Positions 1 through 10,246 of a stretch of 64,000 bases of DNA are shown here, one piece after another. Position numbers and translations under genes: made by a program. Source of the DNA: Epithemia pelagica. Taxonomy: Eukaryota > Protista > Bacillariophyta. The notes under the pieces were generated by a model. The model saw only the letters and a program-made list of their open reading frames with translations, searched no databases and was not told the DNA's origin. The DNA is taken from NCBI GenBank assembly GCA_946965045.2, contig OX337234.1:1984001-2048000 (forward strand), read 5' to 3'. Each line of letters starts with the position of its first letter. The stretch's first letter is position 1.

Positions 1-1
1 A

Positions 2-2221
2 CTACAAAAGGAAAAGAAGCAACTATTGGTCAAGGAGCACATGCTGAAGGAAAAGATCCAGAAACTCGACACTAAAAACAAGAACCAGAAGGCGATTTTT
101 CAGACCGCGGTGGAGATCAAGGACGTGGAAATGAAGATCAACCGGAAAGAACGAGATATTTTAGCTCATCGATTGGTGGAAATAAAAAAGGATGGAGAGA
201 ACTCGGCACGGGGAGAGCCGCGGAGTAGTCTGGCCAGATCACAACCAGAAGGTGCATCGTCGGAACGGGAACAGCAAATGGCGCAGCAACTGGAAACCAA
301 ACAGTCGGAAATTACCTCGCTGGAGAAAATGCTCAAGGAGCAAGAACGAGAATCTGATATTCGAATGGAGGAAGCTGTTGCAGATTTTAAACGCCAAATT
401 GCTGAATTGGATGAGAAAATCAAGAAAAAAGAAAGAGAAATGGGAGAGTTACAAGACTGTGCGCGCTTGGAAGCTTTCAAGGCCCGACGCTTGATGGATG
501 AGAAAGTAGGGGAGCTACAGGTTCAGTTGGACGAATACGAGGATCGTTTGATTAATCGGGAACAGCAAATCAAGCAGCTCGATGAACAAATGCGAGTGCG
601 GCAGGCGGAAATCGAACGTATTCGAACTGTCCAGCAACAACAACAACAGCAGCGACGCCCATCCGATCGTCCACAACAAGGAGGTCGGTCGGAGCGCTTA
701 TCGGAACTCAGAAACAGACTCGATAAGAACGAAAGCTTGATGCGGTCTAAGGTCCAGAATATTCGTAATTTTGACTCTCCGTCGAAGAGCACAATTGCTT
801 CTCTAAACGACTCCTTCTCGTCTCAGGAACGAGCAGATACAAGCATGTTGGATCTTTCTTCTTGTCCCGACGACGCAACCATTGACAAATTGCGGGAAAT
901 GGAAGCAGCACTTCAAAAGGGGCAATCAAAGATTACAGAGCTTCAAGGTGAACTTGCCACGGTACGGACAAATTTAGACAAGGCGAACTCCGACTTGGTT
1001 GAAGAGCAGGAAAGGCGACGCACCGAGGTGCAGGAAGCGGAACAAACTTCACAAAAGAGGATAGAAGAATTATCCAAATCGCTCATGGAGAGGGAAGCGC
1101 ATGCTAGAAATCTCCAAATGGAGCTTGATGATACCAAGAGCCAGTTGGTACAAGCACGATCAAGTCTGGCAGAGCAAATAGCTGAATCATCGATGCTGAG
1201 CAAGCAAGAGGACTCCCATAAAGCTGAAAATACTGCGCTCCGGAATAACCTTACTGACAGGGAAAATTTGTGCAATGAGTTGAAGCAAAAGGTCGATGCG
1301 CTTGAAACAGAAGTTGCAACGGCATATGAATCTCGCCTTTCAGCTGAGAATGAACTACGTGATGCACAAGCTAAGTTTGAGAGAATGGAGGCCCAGTTGA
1401 TTCGTGAATCAAAGGAAGTCATGGCGAAGAACAAAGTATCCGAGGGTTCCGCTGTCGGGGAGGAGCGAATCCAGTCTCTGGAACAGGAATTAGCTTCTAC
1501 CGCAGCGAAGTTAGCTGAGGCGGAAAGCAAGTGCGAAATGCTGGAGCAGTTCATCCATGAAGATACATCCTCAAATCTGCACCTTGGATCTACGAAGGAT
1601 GAGCTAGTGGATGTGGTGTCACTGAAAGAGGCGCTAAGGGAAAAAGAACAAGAAGTGGAGCGTTTTCGACAAGCTGCGGAGGCCTCGGCGGATCAGCTAG
1701 CCCAAGCAAGGAGGAATGTCGAGGAACTCGAAACGGAACGGGCTCTCAGCCAAGCAAAGGTGTCGCAACTGTCTGCGACCCTGGAAAAACGGGGAGACGG
1801 GGAACAGAAACTTTACCAGAAGACTATGGAAGCTGCTGAAGCCACCGCGGCTCAAACCGAGTTGAAAGATAAGCTGAATGAAGCCAATGCTGTCATAAAG
1901 AGACTTCAAGCAGAACTTGAAAGCAACCAAGGTCCAGAGGATAGATCAGTCTCAAGCAACACTCAGCTCAGTGTGAGACTCGCGGAAACTGAAGTCAAGA
2001 TAGATATGCTCCGAGCGAAATTGAGTATTGCCGAGCGAACGGCAAGAGAGCTTCGGCAGCAAAATGAACGATTGAGTATGGCCAGTAATCGTGATGGGGC
2101 CCCCGAAGATGTAATGAATAAAATGAAGTTTCTGGAAGAACAAAATGCGGCATACGCAGCATCGTTGAAGGCGCTTCGCATTGAAATTGCCACAAGACAT
2201 GAAGGCACCGCGTTCGAATAA
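2..2221 (+). CDS. Long coiled-coil protein, 5'-partial
   Basis: The frame is open from position 2 (LQKEKKQLL...) to TAA at 2219-2221. It is E/K/Q/L-rich heptad sequence throughout, with no recognisable catalytic motif. Confidence 0.8.
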   Translation, partial: LQKEKKQLLVKEHMLKEKIQKLDTKNKNQKAIFQTAVEIKDVEMKINRKERDILAHRLVEIKKDGENSARGEPRSSLARSQPEGASSEREQQMAQQLETKQSEITSLEKMLKEQERESDIRMEEAVADFKRQIAELDEKIKKKEREMGELQDCARLEAFKARRLMDEKVGELQVQLDEYEDRLINREQQIKQLDEQMRVRQAEIERIRTVQQQQQQQRRPSDRPQQGGRSERLSELRNRLDKNESLMRSKVQNIRNFDSPSKSTIASLNDSFSSQERADTSMLDLSSCPDDATIDKLREMEAALQKGQSKITELQGELATVRTNLDKANSDLVEEQERRRTEVQEAEQTSQKRIEELSKSLMEREAHARNLQMELDDTKSQLVQARSSLAEQIAESSMLSKQEDSHKAENTALRNNLTDRENLCNELKQKVDALETEVATAYESRLSAENELRDAQAKFERMEAQLIRESKEVMAKNKVSEGSAVGEERIQSLEQELASTAAKLAEAESKCEMLEQFIHEDTSSNLHLGSTKDELVDVVSLKEALREKEQEVERFRQAAEASADQLAQARRNVEELETERALSQAKVSQLSATLEKRGDGEQKLYQKTMEAAEATAAQTELKDKLNEANAVIKRLQAELESNQGPEDRSVSSNTQLSVRLAETEVKIDMLRAKLSIAERTARELRQQNERLSMASNRDGAPEDVMNKMKFLEEQNAAYAASLKALRIEIATRHEGTAFE

Positions 2222-2450
2222 AATGGAGAAATAATGATGGGGAAGGGATACAAATGTGATCGATAAAGTTGGAATGCCTTTGATAACGCCGGACTAATAG
2301 CCTGTGCTCGGCTATCTACGTAAATGTATGTTATTTTCGTAAATGAACCGTTCACCTACTTCTACGTAAAGAATAATCATATCGGTTCTGTCATGTCTCG
2401 AGATATCGATTTCTCCATAATGGTCAGTTAGTAATTACAAAACTTTTTGA

Positions 2451-5400
2451 TTAAACAAAAAGCATCTCGTCTCTTTCTATTCGCTCTAGCAGCAGTTGAG
2501 CTTCATGCAACCCAGGATAGTCGTCGTCAATGTTTGACTCGCGGTAAATAGATAGTGCTTCATCCACCGCTGCATGTGCCTCGGCAAACTGACAATTTCT
2601 CAAGTGGATGCTTGCAATGGTGACATTGACTTCAGCAATCACCGGGTGCCCCTCATCCAGCACTTCTGTGCTTACACGGAGGGCTTCAGAGGCACATTTT
2701 AACGCGGTACCAAAATCCCCTCGACCAACGAGACTACTTCCTTTGGTTGCAAGCGCCCTTGCGTAGTCAATATGCCCTTCACTTAGTGATTCTCTGCGAA
2801 TATCTAGAACGGTGTCACATATTCTCATCGCCTTCTTGAAGCTGTCACGTTTTACGTGGATCTTCGCAATCTCGTGCAATGTTGTTGCTTGTAACGGATG
2901 ATCCACACCCAAAAATTCCAATCGCATGTAGTAGCATTCTTCAAGTGTTTTCAAGGCAGTTCCGTAGTCCTTCTTTCGAGCGTATGCACAACCAATAGCG
3001 TGCAATGTTTCTGCAATATTTGGGTGTTTCAAACCATGAATTTTCTGCTGGCCAGAAAGGACTTCGCCAAAATGTTCAAAGGCAGTGTCCAACTCGGAAG
3101 GATATACTGCGAACATAATACCTATTTCACGACGTGTTCTCAAGGCTGCAGGATGTTCTGGACCAAGCAAAGACTTTTGAATCTGGAGAGCATCCTTCAG
3201 CGCCACCATTGCCGTATCGTAATCACAGATTGCAGCTTTAACTACCCCAATATGGTACAAGGTCGCAGCCACCGTTTCATGGTCACCACCAAGCTCTTCG
3301 CGTAACGCTGAAAGGGCACCCTCGAGAAGGCCAAGAGCTTCGTTCCATAGACCCAATTGATACTTTACTGTACCTTTCAAGACCTGGGCTGTGGCAAGGT
3401 ATATGTTGTCACATCCAAGACTGCGTTGGACAGCTAGCGCTCGATCATAATAGTCGAGAGCTTCCATGAATAAGCCCGCCCGGGAACTAAGCATCCCGAG
3501 ACTGTTCAAGGTTGTGGCGAGATCTTCACGAGAAGACGTCTGTTCGGAGTCATTTTCTAGAAATTGAAGCTTTTCTTCAAAGAAAGCAATTGCCATTTTG
3601 TACGACCCCCGTTCTTCATGTGCTCTCCCAATAACTTCAAGCATACCTGCTTCAACAAACGTGCTGTAGTCGTCTTTCTTCGATTTAATGGTGGACAGAG
3701 CATTTCGCTCTCTGTAGTATACCGCGCCGATTTGACACAAAGTTTGCGAAACAAGGGGATTGCCTTGTAGATCGTCTCCTAAACATTCCTTCAATACACG
3801 CAACGCTTCCTTGTGGCTTTCCATAGCCAATTTAAATTCATTCTGCATTGCCCGGACTGTGCCAATGGAATTTAGAGTTTTGGCACTTTCTTCGCTGTAT
3901 TCTCCATACACATCATGTTCAATGTCGAGCGCCTCCATGTAGTACGCCAGACTAGACTTGTATTGCTTCTGGTGGAGGTACAAATCGGCCAAAAAGTGGA
4001 GATTGTGTGCAACTTCTTTGGTTGTCTCATTTGCTTGATGAATTCGGAGCGACTCGGAGCTTGATTGAATGGCTCCATGAATGTCCCCACCGCGGCTTTG
4101 AAGCACTGCAAGACGAAACAGCGTTGAAGCTAGTTCTGGGTCATCAGAATCCCGTTCGTGACGCTGGTCCACTAGAATAGCTGACAGTTTTGAAATTTCT
4201 TGTTCCATCGAGTCTTCTCTATGGTTGACCCTGCGTGATGATGATGCCACAATCATTGCTTGAAGATCGTCAGTTTCCTTAGGGTCCTCTCCGACTTCTG
4301 CCGCAGCTTCATTGGCTCCAAGCGACATGCCTGCAAAGCTTAGTTTGTCCTTGGCTGCAACTCCAACATTTGAAGCGTGATCTCTTTCCTCGGCTATGGG
4401 GGTATCACTGGACTCATCATCCGAGACCACATCCAGAGGAGCCGAGCGGACTTTGGAATGAATTGACCGGGCGGACAAGAAACCATCCGCGACTTCAACG
4501 GCCTGCGAAACAAACTGGGATGGAAACCATCTGCCAAAGCCCTCGGCGGAAACTCCCCACCACCATTCGTTACTCCGCTGCCATGTTCGAGATCCATCGT
4601 GGAAGACAAACGTAATCTGGGATACGTCATCCCACGAGTCTGACGGTATCTCGAAGGTTTTGATGGGTCCATCGAAATTGCTTTCATCATCGTGATACTC
4701 TTCCTCACGCTTCAACACAACGACTGGTGTGACGATTGGCTCTTTTTCCTCTTCTGGTAAGGACTCAAAGCCTCGCCGTGGTCTCCGAAAACCAAGCGCA
4801 AGCTTTGCCATTGACTTGGATGTGGTTGACTCTGGACTTTTCACGGTCTTTGTGGATCCTCCTTTCTTTCTTGGAGCTGGAATCCGAAGTGCTCTTGATT
4901 TTCGCCTGTCATACGAGTCCGCCGTTTGCGATGGTCTCAGGAGAGCATCTGTTTCGGCCAAGTCTTTCCGCGGTGACAGCTCCGGACCCGTCTCTAAATT
5001 GTTGGGAACTCCTTCTTCCGGCCCTTCGACAGAAAATTTGCTCAAATCAAGAGCGGAAGTGGCACTTGAACTCAGCAAGCTAGAGGAAAGATCCGAAGAT
5101 GAAAGTTTAATACCATCGCGGCGGTGCCCTCGCTCGTCTGGTTCCTCGTCTTTTAAGCCATATCTTGTGTTGTCGAGCTTTCGCCTAACACCATCATCTG
5201 CTTCCGCCTCATACGACTGGTCTCCTTTTCCATCCGATAATGGGTCCGGTTGACTTAGCTGGGAGCCATTATGAGAAAGCTCCTCTGTCATTGGTGTTGA
5301 CGACGGATTGTTGGTAATGGCATCGTTGTCCTTGCCCTCGCTTTCTTTGGCATTAGGAGTTACTGGCGTGGAAGCTTCGTCCTGTTCCCCTTCATCGTGG

Positions 5401-7046
5401 GGATAAGAAAGTTCATCAGAAGCTGATCGGCTTCTTTCTGCAGATGGAGCATGCAAGGGGTGAGGTTCTGTTTCCGGGTCATCTTCAAGGGGCTCCCCGT
5501 TCTCGTTCCCTTCCTCTTCGACTGAAAGCATGTCTTGTTCCTCCCTTTTCAAGACTTCCACTCTTTCTAACATCATCGATATTTCCTCCTCAGGAACAGC
5601 ACCTTCTTGTTTTGCGCATTCTACCAGGCAGACGGTTGCCGTCACATAGTCTCCCATCCCTATGTAGGCTTCACCCAAGGTAAAGTAGATTTGCGTTCGG
5701 TCAATAGGGTTATCGGTCTTTTTCTCATCTTCCTCTGGTTCTGTTTCGAGGCATTTGTTGAGGTATGCGACCGCTTCTTCATATCGCTCCTGTTCAAACA
5801 AACTTGGAATTAACTGCAAGACTGTTTCGACATCTTCCGTTGTCACGACAAACTCGTCCGTTGTGACTTGTGCGGCATAAATGGTTTGCGCCGCCCGGTA
5901 GAGGTCCAAACCACCTTCGGTATTTCCCTGAAGCTCCAGTACTCGTCCCACATTGACAAGTGCCTTGGCCACATCGATATGCTTGTCTCCCCAGAAGTGA
6001 TTGCGGGTTAAGAGAACCTTTTCGTAGCAGGAAATGGCAAAATCCAAGTTTCCTGCTTCTTCCGCCACTTGTCCCGCCCGATCCAAGGCATGTAGAGCGT
6101 CCTGCGCCACGGTGGAAATGTCCGAGTGTCCGAGCGAAATCTGTAGTTCAACCGTTGCAAGGAGCGTCTCAATCGTCCGTTCCAAATCATCGCGTTCAAA
6201 ATAGAGCTCCGATAAGCTGTACAATATTTTACTCATGGACTGGACGACATGTTCGTCGTGTTGGCTAACTTTTTGTCGCGCTCTTAGAATCTGCAGTGCC
6301 TCTTCAAAGGCCGCCAAGCCATCTTCGTAGGCACCCGTAGAAGTGTACAATCCCCCGAGTGCTTCGAGGGAGCTTACCAAGGCTTCCGTGTTGCGTGAAG
6401 GATCCATGCGAATAAAGGAGACTCCTTCGAGTGGTATCTGATCCGGAGTGTTGTGCTCTCCCGCTCGGTGTATGTCCAGTAAAAGATCAATTACTTCTTC
6501 GTGACAATCAATCGCGGATCGGAACTGATCATTCAGTTTCAAGTGGACTTGTGCCCTGGATTGGAGAACATCTACTATACAAGCTTCCAGGCATATTTGC
6601 CGTTCCCTCGAGGAGGATCGTTGTGGTTGTTGCGGTGCATCGGGTGAAGTCGAAAGGACTCGTTCTCGACAATTTCGAAAGAGTCCTTCTGCTGTCTTCC
6701 AAGCATCAATGGCCCCAGCATAGTCCTTCAACTTTCGATGAATCGCTCCCTTATTCCTCCATGCCGTGGCCTCACTGCACCAGGACACGACCGATTCTCG
6801 TTGCGGCGATTGTTGTTTGTAACATTCGAGCGCCCGATCTTGGAATCTCAGGGCTTCCGTGTACTTTTCTTCCTTTACCAATTGATTTGCTTGTTGCAAA
6901 AGTTCTTTGGGTCGACGATACACGACCGCTGTGGTCGGAGAGGGATTACTGGTCGCTCGATCCTCCAACAGTACAATGTTACTACTTGAATCTTGTCGTC
7001 TCAAAGGAGGAGGCGATGGTCGCTCCATTGCAACCGTGGAGCACAA
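2451..7046 (-). CDS. TPR-repeat protein (kinesin-light-chain/nephrocystin-3-like TPR arrays flanking an acidic disordered centre)
   Basis: 1531-aa ORF with repeated 'G.eHp.vA.tL..iG.vy' TPR units at both ends (e.g. GDKHIDVAKALVNVG, GLKHPNIAETLHAIG). Confidence 0.85.
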   Translation of the reverse strand: MCSTVAMERPSPPPLRRQDSSSNIVLLEDRATSNPSPTTAVVYRRPKELLQQANQLVKEEKYTEALRFQDRALECYKQQSPQRESVVSWCSEATAWRNKGAIHRKLKDYAGAIDAWKTAEGLFRNCRERVLSTSPDAPQQPQRSSSRERQICLEACIVDVLQSRAQVHLKLNDQFRSAIDCHEEVIDLLLDIHRAGEHNTPDQIPLEGVSFIRMDPSRNTEALVSSLEALGGLYTSTGAYEDGLAAFEEALQILRARQKVSQHDEHVVQSMSKILYSLSELYFERDDLERTIETLLATVELQISLGHSDISTVAQDALHALDRAGQVAEEAGNLDFAISCYEKVLLTRNHFWGDKHIDVAKALVNVGRVLELQGNTEGGLDLYRAAQTIYAAQVTTDEFVVTTEDVETVLQLIPSLFEQERYEEAVAYLNKCLETEPEEDEKKTDNPIDRTQIYFTLGEAYIGMGDYVTATVCLVECAKQEGAVPEEEISMMLERVEVLKREEQDMLSVEEEGNENGEPLEDDPETEPHPLHAPSAERSRSASDELSYPHDEGEQDEASTPVTPNAKESEGKDNDAITNNPSSTPMTEELSHNGSQLSQPDPLSDGKGDQSYEAEADDGVRRKLDNTRYGLKDEEPDERGHRRDGIKLSSSDLSSSLLSSSATSALDLSKFSVEGPEEGVPNNLETGPELSPRKDLAETDALLRPSQTADSYDRRKSRALRIPAPRKKGGSTKTVKSPESTTSKSMAKLALGFRRPRRGFESLPEEEKEPIVTPVVVLKREEEYHDDESNFDGPIKTFEIPSDSWDDVSQITFVFHDGSRTWQRSNEWWWGVSAEGFGRWFPSQFVSQAVEVADGFLSARSIHSKVRSAPLDVVSDDESSDTPIAEERDHASNVGVAAKDKLSFAGMSLGANEAAAEVGEDPKETDDLQAMIVASSSRRVNHREDSMEQEISKLSAILVDQRHERDSDDPELASTLFRLAVLQSRGGDIHGAIQSSSESLRIHQANETTKEVAHNLHFLADLYLHQKQYKSSLAYYMEALDIEHDVYGEYSEESAKTLNSIGTVRAMQNEFKLAMESHKEALRVLKECLGDDLQGNPLVSQTLCQIGAVYYRERNALSTIKSKKDDYSTFVEAGMLEVIGRAHEERGSYKMAIAFFEEKLQFLENDSEQTSSREDLATTLNSLGMLSSRAGLFMEALDYYDRALAVQRSLGCDNIYLATAQVLKGTVKYQLGLWNEALGLLEGALSALREELGGDHETVAATLYHIGVVKAAICDYDTAMVALKDALQIQKSLLGPEHPAALRTRREIGIMFAVYPSELDTAFEHFGEVLSGQQKIHGLKHPNIAETLHAIGCAYARKKDYGTALKTLEECYYMRLEFLGVDHPLQATTLHEIAKIHVKRDSFKKAMRICDTVLDIRRESLSEGHIDYARALATKGSSLVGRGDFGTALKCASEALRVSTEVLDEGHPVIAEVNVTIASIHLRNCQFAEAHAAVDEALSIYRESNIDDDYPGLHEAQLLLERIERDEMLFV

Positions 7047-8607
7047 AACGATAGTGTTGGGTGATGGTCAATGGCCTCTCTCTCTTTCTTGGCCACAAAC
7101 AGCCGAAAGTACAACAAAAAGAGGAGACGTCACAAAGGAAGCAAGAATCCGTTCCGATTACACCAATTACACACACAAAGGTTGTTTCCTGTGTTCTTGA
7201 CGCAATCAAAAAGCAACTTCTTCAGCCTGTTTCTTCAATTCAACGATGAGAGAGTTTCCCAGACCGAAGGGATGCGATGGTAAACGAATCAAGACAAACG
7301 CCCAACGCCTTTGTTGTGATGTGCGTCTTGGGTTGTCCTTTTCATGGACCGATCGATATAGATGAGCTTCTCATTACTCGTCTCTGTTGGCGCTGTGTCT
7401 TGTGTGTGGTGGACGGTGTGTTGTCTCCGGACGATCACACTGTGCCGTACTATAGTCCCAAAGTGTCCAAGCCTGCACGATCCATCGGTTGAGAATTCCT
7501 AAACCTACATGATCCGTTGGAAGCCATGTGCAGCCGGCCATTGCATTGGCTCTATGTGAATAAAGACTTTGACTTAAGCTCTTAGACATTAGCGAGTATC
7601 AATCCGAGCTATTTAATGAAAAATGGTCCCTCATTCCATACACAACGGATGATCTTTCCCTAAGTATTCGAACTTGCACGGACCAGAGCGTCGGCTGACG
7701 TTCCCAAGAAAAGAAAATTGGACTATGCCCTTCTCAGAAGCAATATCCAAGAGCTCCATCTCTAATTCCTCGACTTGAGCGTGCATCAACAATCCCACCA
7801 AAGGCCCAAAATAGATAGAGTTCAAGCCATCAATCTGTGCACCTTACGCATACGTCGTCTCCCCTTGTGTGTGTTGGTCCTCGCTCACAAATCTTTTTGC
7901 TGGGTCCTCCTCGACAATGTGCTCCACAAAATTTGAAATTGCAGCCAAGCGCTTCCAACCAATGGGGGAGCGACGTCCCCACGATACAAATCAACGGCTC
8001 GATTCCAGTGGAGACATGCGCCATGAATTCGCTCGGTACATCGAAAGCATCCGTTGTGATGTAAGCCGGAAAAATAAGAATCCTACCCCATCATCAATAG
8101 AGACATCCGCCAAATTTCGAATGGAAGCCACACACGTCATGCGCTATCTAGTCCAATGGTCAGAGATGATGATTTTTCTCTGATGAGCATTGGATTGAAC
8201 TCGACGGCGAATCCTTCATGGTACATGCTTCAAGGCAATCGCCTTCTTCGCACGATAAAACAATTCGCGACCAGTAGTGAACTGTTGAAGTCATTGCTGC
8301 TGTCACGGAGAGTGGGAGGAAGAAAGATTAAAATTCATTGTTGTCAGCATAAGTTGGGAAAAAAGGATAGGTCTCATTCTCATTAGGCTCTAAGGACTAA
8401 GGAAGATTGCTCCCCTAGCTAGTAGCTACTCCTAGCTAGAGAGCGATGAGTAGGTTTTGGGGTAGACTTGAGCATTGTCCACGTTTGGAGGGTACAGAGA
8501 CTCTCCAAACCTGCGGGACTCAAGTTCTCGCTCTCACTCGGAACCAACAAACACTCACCACAAAATCAGTAACAGAACATTTCGCACCTCTATCTCTGAG
8601 AACGACG

Positions 8608-9717
8608 ATGGAATCGCAACCAAACTATACAAGAGCCACATGGGGTGGAACCGCTCCACATAGGCAGCGACAAGGTGGTTCGAACCGGGGCGAGACTCGT
8701 AAGTCACGCCAGGCCATTGCCATGGACACCTTGACGATCCTGGAACAAGGCTGGTACGAATTGCCAAACGTGAGCAACGCCGACCAGAACGAGACCACCA
8801 GGGTGGTTTCTATTGACCAACAAATGGAAGATGCTATAAACAATACTCACGTTTATACAGACCAAGAAACAGGTCTGTTGTTTGGAACACCAAAAGAAGA
8901 AGCCGAACAAGGACGATCGCTAAGTGAAAAAAGGATAGAACTACCTGGACAACCGGTCGAATATGTGGTCAACGGATTGACCACACTAGACGCCGTTCGA
9001 CAATTGGTGGCCGAACATCGCCAGCAACAATCGCACCACCATTCATCCGTGACGCCAAAGATATTTTGCTTGAATTTCGCTTCGGCTCGTAATGCCGGTG
9101 GAGGCTTTTTAAATGGCAGTCAAGCACAGGAAGAAAGTTTGGCCCGAGCTTCCGGACTCTATCCTTGTCTGACACAAGGACCAAACGTGACGCGTCAGTA
9201 TTATCGTGCCAATGACCATGTTGGTGCCCCCTTTTATACCGATGCCATGATTTATAGTCCTCGCGTCCCCGTATTCAAGGACGAGACGGGTCGACTTATG
9301 GAAGAACCCATGTTGGTGAGCTTCCTGACGGCTCCTGCGGTGAATCGCAGTGCTTCCAGGTATGCGAAACGAGGGAAACGAGACAACCAAAATAGAAACA
9401 ATAGAACGAGAGACGAAGACTTGGATCCCACAGCTTTTGACCGAGAGGTGCAAATCGTAATGAGACGGAGGATTGCCAAGGTCTTGGCCATTGCGCGGCA
9501 AGAGGGACACGATACCTTGGTTCTGGGTGCATGGGGCTGTGGAGTGTTTGGCAACGATCCAAGACATGTCGCACAATGGTTCAAAGAAGAACTGACGAAC
9601 AAGGATAACATTACTGCCTTTCGAAAAGTGGTCTTTGCAGTATACTCACCACGAGATTTCAAGTTTATCAACGCTTTTCAGACCGAGTTTCAAAGCATAG
9701 AATGTGGCAATGGTTGA
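8608..9717 (+). CDS. Microbial-type poly(ADP-ribose) glycohydrolase (TIGR02452/DUF2263 family macrodomain)
   Basis: LNFASARNAGGGFLNGSQAQEESLARASGLY contains the GGG-x-QEE signature. Also MIYSPRVPVF, LVLGAWGCGVFGN and FRKVVFAV. First ATG is at 8608, in frame with the tracked ORF. Confidence 0.9.
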   Translation: MESQPNYTRATWGGTAPHRQRQGGSNRGETRKSRQAIAMDTLTILEQGWYELPNVSNADQNETTRVVSIDQQMEDAINNTHVYTDQETGLLFGTPKEEAEQGRSLSEKRIELPGQPVEYVVNGLTTLDAVRQLVAEHRQQQSHHHSSVTPKIFCLNFASARNAGGGFLNGSQAQEESLARASGLYPCLTQGPNVTRQYYRANDHVGAPFYTDAMIYSPRVPVFKDETGRLMEEPMLVSFLTAPAVNRSASRYAKRGKRDNQNRNNRTRDEDLDPTAFDREVQIVMRRRIAKVLAIARQEGHDTLVLGAWGCGVFGNDPRHVAQWFKEELTNKDNITAFRKVVFAVYSPRDFKFINAFQTEFQSIECGNG

Positions 9718-10246
9718 GATTGAAACCATCCCCTATGATTATTTGGATTCATGCTCCTTCAAAGCAAATTTAATAGAGCGCGTAATCATGGTTTCAAAAC
9801 GTGTACTACCTCTTTACGGATACCATAAAACCTTGTTGGCCGTGATGCTTCGAGCAAATGTGTTCATCTGTTGATGGAAACATGAAAGTAGTACGAAATT
9901 TGAAGCAAGCAAACACCGACCAATCCACTCCATACCAAATGCCTCGTATTCGACGTGGTCCCATGAATCTCTTCGTCCTTTGTGTCAAGGTTCGGATTGA
10001 GGTTGATGTTATACCTCCATGGGTTGGTCCAGGAGAGAGCCATTGTTGGATTTTGAACAATTTCCGTCGAATGCGACATACTGGAATGTTAAAGGCGACC
10101 TTCTCTTTGTTCGGTATATTCAAGTGTTCGATGGATCCTTGTCCGTGACGTTGTTGTCCAAGGCACATCAGCTTTGCCATTCAAAGGCTGAGAATGTTAC
10201 TCTCACGGATCATTCCCACCGTAGCTCAACGAGATTCATGGGTTGG

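Noticed and set aside
8422-8433. GTAGCTACTCCT shared with 59620-59631, both upstream of genes
   Set aside because: Hundreds of shared 12-mers are expected by chance in 64 kb, so this is not significant without genome-wide enrichment data.
7100-8440. Small ORFs between the TPR and PARG genes
   Set aside because: All are under 105 aa with no recognisable family; treated as divergent promoter/intergenic DNA.
9718-10246. 96-124-aa ORFs between the convergent PARG and ankyrin genes
   Set aside because: They overlap on both strands, have no motifs, and lie where 3' UTRs are expected.
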